Source: Acaryochloris marina S15 (GTDB lineage: Bacteria; Cyanobacteriota; Cyanobacteriia; Thermosynechococcales; Thermosynechococcaceae). From it: a stretch of 32,000 bases of DNA. The first letter of the stretch is position 1. Each line of letters begins with the position of its first letter. Shown piece by piece: positions 9,160-16,770 of the stretch. The translations under genes and the position numbers were made by a program. The stretch is taken from NCBI RefSeq assembly GCF_018336915.1, contig NZ_CP064923.1, positions 630,001 through 662,000 of the forward strand, written 5' to 3'. Below the pieces are notes generated by a model that saw only the letters and a program-made list of their open reading frames with translations, had not been told where the DNA came from and made no database searches.

Positions 9160-9177
9160 GTTACATTTATTTACATA
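9160..9177 (+). promoter_or_regulatory. HLR1 (high-light regulatory 1) element, predicted RpaB binding site
   Basis: GTTACATT-TA-TTTACATA exactly fits the published (G/T)TTACA(T/A)(T/A)-nn-(G/T)TTACA(T/A)(T/A) direct repeat. It ends 31 nt upstream of the hli ATG. An extra half-site TTTACATT lies at 9139-9146. Confidence 0.72.
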
Positions 9178-9207
9178 AGCAAATAAAGCATTTACGGAGC
9201 ACTTCCC

Positions 9208-9417
9208 ATGACTAAAGGATTCACTTCAGACGACCGCGGTTACGTTAACAGTTTTGCTGTTGAGCCTAAGACCTCTGTTCAAGAAGAGCCCGTATTTGGT
9301 TTTAACAAGAATGCCGAAAGAATCAGTGGACGCCTAGCCATGGTCGGCTTTATGTCTATTCTTCTTTTAGAACTAGCCACTAACGTCAACTTCATTCAAA
9401 TTGTGACTGGTGTCTAA
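9208..9417 (+). CDS. hli: high-light-inducible protein (HLIP, CAB/ELIP/HLIP family)
   Basis: 69 aa with FGFNKNAERISGRLAMVGFMSILLLE, the chlorophyll-binding helix signature (ExxNGRLAMxGF-like). Confidence 0.9.
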   Translation: MTKGFTSDDRGYVNSFAVEPKTSVQEEPVFGFNKNAERISGRLAMVGFMSILLLELATNVNFIQIVTGV

Positions 9418-9436
9418 CAACTGACCCAATTCGTTT

Positions 9437-9463
9437 GACCCTCACTTGAGATAGCTGAGGGTC
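9437..9463 (+). terminator. possible terminator hairpin after hli
   Basis: 8-bp stem GACCCTCA / TGAGGGTC with an 11-nt loop, followed by a weak T-tract (TGCTTTG). Confidence 0.4.
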
Positions 9464-9514
9464 TGCTTTGGATGGGGGGATTCTATCCAAGCCTCGCTGT
9501 TAGACCTAAAAGCT

Positions 9515-10129
9515 ATGTTAGTTGACCTTCACTCCGACTCTCTTATTGAACAATATACGAACGGTATTCGAGACTTTAGCTCCACAATTCTGATGGGTGA
9601 TAGTCTCTGTGAACTGTTGCTAAATGGCATTAATTTTGAGCAGGCAAATCTAGCTCGGGTCAATATGAGCCTGACACAGTTTCGAGGTAGCAACCTCAGA
9701 GGTGCTAACTTATCCCAAGGATTACTGTGGCGAACGGACTTTATGGATGCTTGTTTGGAAGTTGCCAACTTAAGTCAATCCAAACTGATTCGGGCAACTC
9801 TAACACGAGCTAACTTAAAGCAAGCCCAACTGGCAAAAGCAGATCTAAGGGTGGCAAATCTACGCGCAGCAATTTGTCCAGGGGCAAATCTGGCAGGGGC
9901 AGACCTTCGCTATTCCGATCTCACTGGCATTAACCTCAAAGGTGCAAATTTAACGGGTGCAGATTTAACGGGTGCAGATTTAACGGGCGCAGATTTGAGT
10001 GGAGCAATCTTGACAGGTACCATTCTTAGGCAAGTAGATTTGAGTCAGGTTATTTTAAAGGATGTGGACTGGAACCATCGCCACATAGACGTTCTAGAAA
10101 ACAATCCAGTGTTGACTGCTACTGAATAG
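9515..10129 (+). CDS. pentapeptide-repeat protein
   Basis: A long run of A(D/N)LxG pentapeptides (ANLTGADLTGADLTGADLSGAILTG). Confidence 0.9.
   Translation: MLVDLHSDSLIEQYTNGIRDFSSTILMGDSLCELLLNGINFEQANLARVNMSLTQFRGSNLRGANLSQGLLWRTDFMDACLEVANLSQSKLIRATLTRANLKQAQLAKADLRVANLRAAICPGANLAGADLRYSDLTGINLKGANLTGADLTGADLTGADLSGAILTGTILRQVDLSQVILKDVDWNHRHIDVLENNPVLTATE
9941..10015 (+). repeat. 15-bp tandem repeat (5 units) inside the pentapeptide gene
   Basis: GGTGCAAATTTAACG / GGTGCAGATTTAACG x2 / GGCGCAGATTTGAGT / GGAGCAATCTTGACA. This is an in-frame coding repeat. Confidence 0.9.
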
Positions 10130-10186
10130 TGTTCATCTAGCAGCGACTATAATTTGAGGATGTAGCGGCTTGCGATCGCACCCCCC

Positions 10187-10687
10187 ATGCTGACCCTCAG
10201 AGATTATGCCAATTCAGATATTGAAGCTTTGTTAGCTCTGGCTAACAACAAGTTAGTATCGCGTTTTTTGGTCTATACCTTTCCTTATCCCTACACAAGA
10301 GCCGATGCAAAATGGTGGGTATCTGAAGGGGTGAAGGCTGAAGGAGATGTGACGAAAGTCATCGAATATAATGGTCAGTTTGCAGGTAGTGTCGGCATAG
10401 CTCGTAAAACAGGTTGGCGCGATCACCTGGCTGAAATTGGGTACTGGCTGGGAGAACCTTATTGGGGTAACGGGATAGCAACCCAAGCAGTTCAACAGAT
10501 GACTGACTATGCTTTTTCAGACCTAAAATTGCAGAAGCTCTATGCTCTTATTCTGGCTCCCAATATAGTGTCGATGAGAGTGGTCGAGAAATGTGCATAT
10601 GAGTTAGAAGGGGTTCTTAAACAAGAAGTGTTTAAGGATGGACAATATTACGATGTCCATCGCTTTGCCAAGGTTTTAAAGATTTAA
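10187..10687 (+). CDS. GNAT family N-acetyltransferase (RimJ/RimL-like)
   Basis: IGYWLGEPYWGNGIATQAVQQMTDYAF (acetyl-CoA-binding motif A), in a 166-aa protein. Confidence 0.88.
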   Translation: MLTLRDYANSDIEALLALANNKLVSRFLVYTFPYPYTRADAKWWVSEGVKAEGDVTKVIEYNGQFAGSVGIARKTGWRDHLAEIGYWLGEPYWGNGIATQAVQQMTDYAFSDLKLQKLYALILAPNIVSMRVVEKCAYELEGVLKQEVFKDGQYYDVHRFAKVLKI

Positions 10688-10824
10688 CCCATAACCTCAC
10701 CCCTGATAGAAACAGGGTTCTAGTCTGATAGGCTCCTGTAAGCATCGTCGATCAGTACTTGTAGCTTGCACGATCATGCTTTGCGATTACACAAACTCTG
10801 TTGCTTCCAGGTAGAGGTTTATCC

Positions 10825-10850
10825 TAGTTCATGCTAATTAGCATGAACTA
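10825..10850. repeat. perfect 26-nt palindrome in an AT-rich intergenic region
   Basis: TAGTTCATGCTAATTAGCATGAACTA is identical to its own reverse complement (checked base by base). Confidence 0.9.
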
Positions 10851-11429
10851 AACTTCAATTTAGGGCTTTGGAAGAGAAAACATAAAACCGGTTGTTTTTG
10901 GGCTTGAACTCTACTGGCTTCGACATGCATGGCATGTGATTTTTGCTATGTGTATTTAGATCTATAAGTCTTATTTTGTATGGCTATTATGCTAGTAGTA
11001 ACTCTGATTGAATGCACTAAAAAACCTTAAGATAAACGGAATTTGTGCAAAGTAATAGGCTGACATCATTCATTCCTAGACTTATAGGTACAGTAAAGTG
11101 AAGCTAAAATTATGGATAAATATAGGATAAATAGAGATAGAAAACTTCAAAGCATTGATTTGATTCAAAAATGAGTGCTTTTGTGCTGAAATTAATAAAA
11201 TAATGATTTTCCCCTTGTTGGAGAGGCTAGATCGGAAGAGTCTAAATTATTAAGTAAAGGGCCAGAAAGAGAAATAGATTGATTTTCTTGTCCAGACTTT
11301 ATAAACTCATAAAGTTGGAATTGAGTCGTGGTTGATGGACTGCTATCTCTAAGAAGGAGATTGCTATATCCAAGTTTATTGCTCTTTTATGTATATAGCT
11401 TTTGATGTAATTTAAGCTCGGACTTGACT

Positions 11430-12008
11430 ATGAAGTGCTACCCAATTATATCTTTGATTACATTGCCATTAGTTGCTGGTGCGACCTTGTGGCTGAGTCG
11501 TTCCCCAGCGCAAGCGAGCGAACCAAGATTTAGCTGTGGCCAAAGCAACAATACGCCAACAACGTTGGCTAAAACGAAACAAGGTTTTGTTGCAGTGATC
11601 CGGTGGACATCAGAGCACTTTGCAGGTTCAGGCTGGACTCCCGAAGCCCGTTGCCAAAAAGTATCGGGATTGTTTGAGCAATACTATCGAGATGGGTCAC
11701 TCAATTATGTAACCACTGGTCGAGATGTAGAGACTGAACAAAATGTTGTCTGTGTTGCGCCTGCTCCGAAGCAAAAGTGTACAGGTATTTTATTTACCCT
11801 AAAACCAGGAAGTAATCCAGGTAAAACACTTCAGAAGTTGATGGATTTGCGGGTACGAGCTTCCCATGATCCACTCAATGAGACCAATCGACGTATCTAC
11901 ATCGAGATGGATGAGTTCTTGAACTCCAGACCAACTATTAATTCCACCGATTCGGCTCCGTCTGAAACCTCAACGCCGTCTCAACCTCAGCCAGACGATG
12001 TTTGGTAG
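11430..12008 (+). CDS. COP23 (circadian oscillating polypeptide) domain protein, exported
   Basis: Signal peptide ending PAQA-SE. FSCGQSNNTPTTLAKTKQG.VAVIRWTSEHFAGSGWTPEARCQKVSGLFEQYY..GSLNYVTTG...NVVCVA...C.GILFTLKPGSNP..TLQKLMDLR matches my recollection of the COP23 family. ATG at 11430 (track: TTG 11424). Confidence 0.72.
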   Translation: MKCYPIISLITLPLVAGATLWLSRSPAQASEPRFSCGQSNNTPTTLAKTKQGFVAVIRWTSEHFAGSGWTPEARCQKVSGLFEQYYRDGSLNYVTTGRDVETEQNVVCVAPAPKQKCTGILFTLKPGSNPGKTLQKLMDLRVRASHDPLNETNRRIYIEMDEFLNSRPTINSTDSAPSETSTPSQPQPDDVW

Positions 12009-12101
12009 CTCACGGGGGTGAGTTCCAGTGCTGTGTTTTCTGGGCATGAACTTGAAGTGAAGGTTGATTGGGTAAGCATATTGAGCATGAGGAACTGGTA
12101 A

Positions 12102-13595
12102 ATGAAATTTGGTTATGGAATTCCATCTGTACTGGTTGGGGTAGTAACTGTTGTTGTGGTGCAAGGGCAAGCTGTTCTAGCTCTCACTGCTTCACAGGTG
12201 GCTAATATTGCTGAGCAAATCAGCGTGAAGATTGATGGGCAAGCACCTGGCTCAGGGGTAATGATTGCCAAGCAAGACAAGACTTATTTTGTGCTGACAG
12301 CAGCCCATGTAGTGGCAACAGACGATGAGTATGACGTGATTACGCCAGATAATCAGCGCCACTCTTTGAGCTATGCCCAGGTTAAAAAATTGCCTGGTGT
12401 TGACCTTGCCGTGGTGCAGTTCAGTAGTGAAAAGCCCTATCAAGTGGCTAATTTGGGTAATTCCAGTCAATCGCAACGAGGAATGACCACTTATGTTGCT
12501 GGGTGGCCGTTAACAGGAACAGCGATTACTCAACCTACCCTGTTGTTTCAGCAGGGTATTGTCTCTGCTAATTCTCAGGTGAAGCAAGATGACGGTTACG
12601 GCTTAATTTATACCAACAACACCTTGCCAGGTATGTCTGGGGGGCCAGTGCTGAGTGAAGAAGGAACGTTAGTTGGTATTCATGGCCGGGGAGAAACGGA
12701 TCGCCAGGCAAGCACCCGTAATCCAGATGTAGTGGTGAAGGTGGGCTATAACCTGGGAATTCCGATTAGTACGTTTTTGTCCTTAGCGCCTCAATCTGGA
12801 ATAGATCTAGACTTACAGGTTGCTACTGCTCAAGCGCCCGATCCGAGTGCGACTGCAAAGCCCTCAAAGGTGGATGACTTGATTGCCCAAAGTGGCAATC
12901 AACTCTATCAAGGCAATAATGAGGCCGCTTTGGGGGCTCTAAATCAAGCGATTGAAACGGATCCTAATGCAGCGGATGCTTACCGTTTAAGGGCGGATGC
13001 TCGTATGTCTTCGATCGGCTGGAGTTTTTTGGAGGGTCGGTCTAGAAAGAATCGCGATATTGTCTTGGCTGCACAACAAGATATCAATGAGGCGATTCGC
13101 CTAAACCCTGATTTGAGTGATGCTTATACCATCAGAGCTTATCTAAAGTTTGTTTTGAAAGATGGATCGGGTGCAACATCGGATATTAACCAGGCCCTGA
13201 GGTTAGATTCTCAAGCTGCGATGCCTTATATTCTGCGTGCAAATCTATTGACCGAAAAGCAGCAGTGGCAGAATGCCATCGCGGATGCCAATGCTGCATT
13301 GAAACTGGATGCTAATTCCCCCTATGCGGCGTTTGCCTATAATGCCCGAGGTCTAGCACGGGCCAGTACTAGAGATATTTCTGGAGGACTGCAGGATTTG
13401 ACCCAGGCCATCAGCCTGTCTCCTAGCAATGCGTTGTTCTATATGAATAGAGGAACGGTGCTGGCCCTTAGCGGTAAAAGAAATGAGGGACGGGCCGATC
13501 TGGAAAAAAGCGCCAGCTTGGCACAACAAAAAGGCCGTACTGAAGTGTACAAAGAGGTAACCAAACGATTGAATTTACTAAAACGTTTGCCTTAG
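12102..13595 (+). CDS. trypsin-like (S1) serine protease fused to C-terminal TPR repeats
   Basis: N-terminal hydrophobic anchor or signal. Catalytic triad contexts VLTAAHVV (His), VDLAVVQF (Asp) and LPGMSGGPV (Ser). The C-terminal 230 aa or so contain repeated TPR-like A..Y..RG/A..L.P units. Confidence 0.85.
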   Translation: MKFGYGIPSVLVGVVTVVVVQGQAVLALTASQVANIAEQISVKIDGQAPGSGVMIAKQDKTYFVLTAAHVVATDDEYDVITPDNQRHSLSYAQVKKLPGVDLAVVQFSSEKPYQVANLGNSSQSQRGMTTYVAGWPLTGTAITQPTLLFQQGIVSANSQVKQDDGYGLIYTNNTLPGMSGGPVLSEEGTLVGIHGRGETDRQASTRNPDVVVKVGYNLGIPISTFLSLAPQSGIDLDLQVATAQAPDPSATAKPSKVDDLIAQSGNQLYQGNNEAALGALNQAIETDPNAADAYRLRADARMSSIGWSFLEGRSRKNRDIVLAAQQDINEAIRLNPDLSDAYTIRAYLKFVLKDGSGATSDINQALRLDSQAAMPYILRANLLTEKQQWQNAIADANAALKLDANSPYAAFAYNARGLARASTRDISGGLQDLTQAISLSPSNALFYMNRGTVLALSGKRNEGRADLEKSASLAQQKGRTEVYKEVTKRLNLLKRLP

Positions 13596-13630
13596 GGGCT
13601 GGCGTATTTTGATCGCTTATTCTTGCATCG

Positions 13631-13850
13631 GCTAAAACCTACATTCTTCCGTACAAGTGGTTGGAAAATGTGCTTAACCCGAATTCAGGTTAGCGAGATC
13701 AATGCCATGACATGATCCAATTCGATACTGCCATAGCTTTTCTGAACCTGAGTTCGGGATAAGCTAAAACCCTTATTCCTACGGGAGCTGCAAGCTGTGT
13801 TCTGCCGTAGAAGGATTGTAAAAATGGACTTAACCCGAACTAGGGTGACG
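13631..13850. repeat. cluster of degenerate direct and inverted repeats (MITE-like remnants)
   Basis: Direct: GCTAAAACC(n)ATTC at 13631 and 13762, and AAAATG..CTTAACCCGAA at 13665 and 13822. Inverted: GCTTAACCCGAATTCAGGTT (13672-13691) versus AACCTGAGTTCGGGATAAGC (13745-13764), 18/20 complementary. Confidence 0.5.
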
Positions 13851-13945
13851 TAACTTAAATCCGACATTCAGCAGGTACTAATACCAATTTGTGTTTTGGG
13901 ATGTAATTTAGATAGGATCTAATCCTATGTTCATTCCATAAGTAT

Positions 13946-14464
13946 ATGAGTCGAGTTAGTACAGTTAAACCGCATCTAACAGTGGATGAGGTGAAAGACA
14001 AAATTGCTACGGCTCCGACTGCCCGCTGTCAGCAAAAATGGATGATTATTTATAACGCCCTGGTAGATCCTCGCCCAGCTATCGAAATAGCCACGCATAC
14101 TGCTACTAGTCTTCGAACGGTCCATCAGGTGATTTCCGCTTACAATCGCCTAGGAGCAGCAGCAATTGCTCCTAGGGCTAAACGGAAGAAGAATCCCGGT
14201 GCTTATCTGAGTATCGAAGAAGAGATTGAATTTTTAGAATCGTTTATTGAACGTGCTCAACAAGGTCATTTAACAACGGTTCAAGAGATCCAAACGGCCT
14301 TTGAGACTAAAGTGGAGACGTCAGTGGCACCCAGTACTATCTATCGTTTGCTAGACCGACACGGATGGCGCAAACTCATGCCTCGTCCGTCCCATCCCAA
14401 TGGAAACAAAGCGGCACGAGAGGCTTTTAAAAAAACTTTCGGGGGCTGGTCCAAACCGCTGTAG
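13946..14464 (+). CDS. IS630-family transposase, N-terminal (HTH) part, orfA
   Basis: 172-aa ORF with helix-turn-helix-like regions. It ends 30 nt after an A7 slippery run. Confidence 0.8.
   Translation: MSRVSTVKPHLTVDEVKDKIATAPTARCQQKWMIIYNALVDPRPAIEIATHTATSLRTVHQVISAYNRLGAAAIAPRAKRKKNPGAYLSIEEEIEFLESFIERAQQGHLTTVQEIQTAFETKVETSVAPSTIYRLLDRHGWRKLMPRPSHPNGNKAAREAFKKTFGGWSKPL
14429..14435 (+). promoter_or_regulatory. A7 slippery run, predicted -1 frameshift (or transcriptional slippage) site joining orfA and orfB
   Basis: Frame A reads TTT AAA AAA ACT ... TAG. The -1 frame is open from 14431 and reads AAC TTT CGG ... (NFRGLVQTAVADRSAEDQRPIVIMAADEGRFGR). This gives a contiguous transposase of about 354 aa by my count. 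Confidence 0.65.
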
Positions 14465-14496
14465 CAGATCGCTCAGCTGAAGACCAACGTCCCATT

Positions 14497-15009
14497 GTGA
14501 TCATGGCAGCAGACGAAGGGCGCTTTGGTCGTCTAGGGCAAGTAAGAAGAGCTTGGTGTGCTCCTGGAATTCGACCCGAAAGTGGGCAGCAGCTTGTCCG
14601 TGAATATCTCTATGGCTATGTTGCTGTTGCTCCTGCGTTAGGAAAGATGAGTGCTTTAGTCTTACCCTTTTCCAATACTCAGATGATGAACTTATTCCTA
14701 GCACAAGTGGCGGATGAATTTTCAGACTATTTTGTGGTGATGCAGGTCGATGGAGCGTCTTACCACACCGGAAAGAAGCTCGTCATTCCAGACAATATAC
14801 GCTTGATTGTTCAGCCTCCTCGAAGTCCACAACTCAATGCTGTAGAGCATATCTGGGAGGAGGTGAAAGAAAAGCACTTCTACAATCAGGTTTTTGATTC
14901 TTTAGATGAGGTATCCGATACCTTGTGCAAGGGACTCAAAGAACTCATGGATTTACCCGATAGGCTGACTTCTATGACCAATTTTCCTCATATGAGAATT
15001 ACGATTTAA
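14497..15009 (+). CDS. IS630-family transposase, DDE catalytic part, orfB
   Basis: DDE_3-type motifs: MAADEGRFG (D), VMQVDGASYH (D), PPRSPQLNAVEHIWEEVK (E). The reading frame is actually open from 14431. Confidence 0.85.
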   Translation: MIMAADEGRFGRLGQVRRAWCAPGIRPESGQQLVREYLYGYVAVAPALGKMSALVLPFSNTQMMNLFLAQVADEFSDYFVVMQVDGASYHTGKKLVIPDNIRLIVQPPRSPQLNAVEHIWEEVKEKHFYNQVFDSLDEVSDTLCKGLKELMDLPDRLTSMTNFPHMRITI

Positions 15010-15068
15010 AACGCAAATTGGTATAACCATCAAGGGATAATTTTGAGGTTGTCTCTCAACGCAAGTCC

Positions 15069-16751
15069 ATGTATTCACCTCAAGAGATAGACGTTCAGGA
15101 TATTGACCATCTCGGTATTATTGCCGGTATCGTCGATGAGATCGGCATTGTCGAAATAGTGGATCGATTATTAGGTACTCACGAGCAAGAGAATGTTAGT
15201 TGTGGTCAAGTTGTCAAAGCCCTGATTCTAAATGGTATGGGCTTTTTGAGTGCTCCATTGTACTTATTTAGTGAGTTTTTCGAAAGCAAAGCAACCGAGC
15301 ACTTACTCGGTCAAGGTGTACTGCCAGAGCACCTCAACGATACCCGTATCGGTCGAGTCCTCGACAAGCTCTATGCCTATGGTGTGACCCAGATATTTAT
15401 CCATGTGGCAATGGCAGTCGTTCAGAAATTCGATGTAGCTCTAAGGTGTGCGCATCTAGATGCGACAAGCCTTAGTGTTGAGGGGCAATACTTAGATAAA
15501 CCACAGGTTGAGGCGTCAGACGAATCCCCCTCTGCACCTGAGTCCCCCTCCCCTGCACTGGCTGAATCAGAGGAGCCGATACCCGTGAAAATCACCTACG
15601 GCTACTCACGGGACAATCGTCGTGATCTCAAGCAGTTTGTATTGAACCTACTGGTGAGTGGGGACGGGGGTATTCCTTTATTTTTACAAGTGGGCAACGG
15701 TAATGATGCGGACAAAAGTACGTTTGTGCCTATCATCCATGAATTTAAGCAACAGTGGAGTCAGCAACAGCCAGAGGTGATTGTTGCTGATAGTGCCCTC
15801 TACAGTGCCGACAATCTGCAAGCATTAGGAAGTACATCTTGGATTAGCCGAGTTCCAGCAAGTTCAACGGCAGCCCAAGACTTATTACAAGGGCTGCCGG
15901 GTTCACAGTTTCACCCCAGTGCTCTCAACGGCTATAGCTTTGTCGAAGTATGTAGTACCTATGGAGAGATTCAACAACGGTGGCTGGTGGTTGAAAGTAA
16001 AGCTCGCAGAGACTCTGGACTCAAACAAGTGCAAAAGCGGATTGATCAGGCGTTTAGCCAAAAAACTACTGCACTTAAAACCCTCTGCAAACAGACCTTC
16101 TTGTGCCCTGCAGATGCTTTAGCTGCAGCCCAAGATTTTGGCAAAATCCTCAGGTATCACACCCTTGACGATCTCAAAATCCACAAAAAACCTCATTATT
16201 CAAAGGCTGGACGACCGACAAAAGCAACGGTTGTGACTCACTACACCTATTCTATTGAGGCTACCTTAACCCTCAATGAGCCAGTCATCGAACGCTATCG
16301 GCGGCAAGCAGGTCGTTTCATCTTAGCCACCAATCTCTTGGAACAAGAGCAATGGAGCAATGATGATATTCTGCGCGAGTATAAGAACCAGCAGGCGTGT
16401 GAAGGAGGCTTTCGCTTTATCAAAGATCCACTCTTCTTTGCCTCTAGTGTTTTCCTGAAGACACCTCGGCGTATCGCTGCCTTAGCCATGATCATGGCCT
16501 TGTGTTTGATGGTCTACAGCTTAGGACAACGACAGTTAAGAAATGCACTAGAACAAGTACAAACAACTCTCCCTAATCAGAAGGGGAAACAAACTATGAA
16601 ACCTACGTTACGTTGGATTCTCCAATGCTTTCAGGCCGTCCATTTAGTTTGGCTTGATGGTGCCAAGCATCTCATCAAGCTCAACAGCAGGCAGCAACTT
16701 ATCTTGCCGTTCCTTGGGAAGGGCTGTAAAAAATATTATCTGCTCTGCTAG
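15069..16751 (+). CDS. IS1634-family (IS4 superfamily) transposase
   Basis: 560 aa. The N-terminal DHLGIIAGIVDEIGIVEIVD...GQVVKALILNGMGF region is typical of IS1634-type transposases. The DDE region includes ADSALYSADN and the C-terminal YK.Q...E..FRFIKDP motif. Confidence 0.85.
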   Translation: MYSPQEIDVQDIDHLGIIAGIVDEIGIVEIVDRLLGTHEQENVSCGQVVKALILNGMGFLSAPLYLFSEFFESKATEHLLGQGVLPEHLNDTRIGRVLDKLYAYGVTQIFIHVAMAVVQKFDVALRCAHLDATSLSVEGQYLDKPQVEASDESPSAPESPSPALAESEEPIPVKITYGYSRDNRRDLKQFVLNLLVSGDGGIPLFLQVGNGNDADKSTFVPIIHEFKQQWSQQQPEVIVADSALYSADNLQALGSTSWISRVPASSTAAQDLLQGLPGSQFHPSALNGYSFVEVCSTYGEIQQRWLVVESKARRDSGLKQVQKRIDQAFSQKTTALKTLCKQTFLCPADALAAAQDFGKILRYHTLDDLKIHKKPHYSKAGRPTKATVVTHYTYSIEATLTLNEPVIERYRRQAGRFILATNLLEQEQWSNDDILREYKNQQACEGGFRFIKDPLFFASSVFLKTPRRIAALAMIMALCLMVYSLGQRQLRNALEQVQTTLPNQKGKQTMKPTLRWILQCFQAVHLVWLDGAKHLIKLNSRQQLILPFLGKGCKKYYLLC

Positions 16752-16770
16752 CTAGCCTGCTGAATGTAGG

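Larger units (their letters stand above)
13881..15024 (+). mobile_element. IS630-family insertion sequence (nested inside the outer IS)
   Basis: 17-bp IRs ATACCAATTTGTGTTTT (13881-13897) and AAAACGCAAATTGGTAT (15008-15024), 16/17. Flanked by TA (TAA) on both sides, consistent with IS630 TA target duplication. Carries a two-ORF DDE transposase. Confidence 0.85.
13861..16770 (+). mobile_element. IS1634/IS4-like insertion sequence (outer element, interrupted by a nested IS630)
   Basis: Terminal IRs CCGACATTCAGCAGG (13861-13875) and CCTGCTGAATGTAGG (16756-16770), 14/15 complementary. Perfect 6-bp TSD TTAAAT at 13855-13860 and 16771-16776. Encodes a 560-aa transposase. About 1.77 kb without the nested element. 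Confidence 0.78.

Noticed and set aside
9941-10015. A regular 15-bp tandem repeat that could superficially suggest a repeat array or CRISPR.
   Set aside because: The units are contiguous with no spacers, in frame, and encode pentapeptide repeats.
13685-13867. A 60-aa minus-strand ORF in the repeat cluster left of the IS.
   Set aside because: It runs across degenerate repeats and the IS terminus and shows no coding signal.
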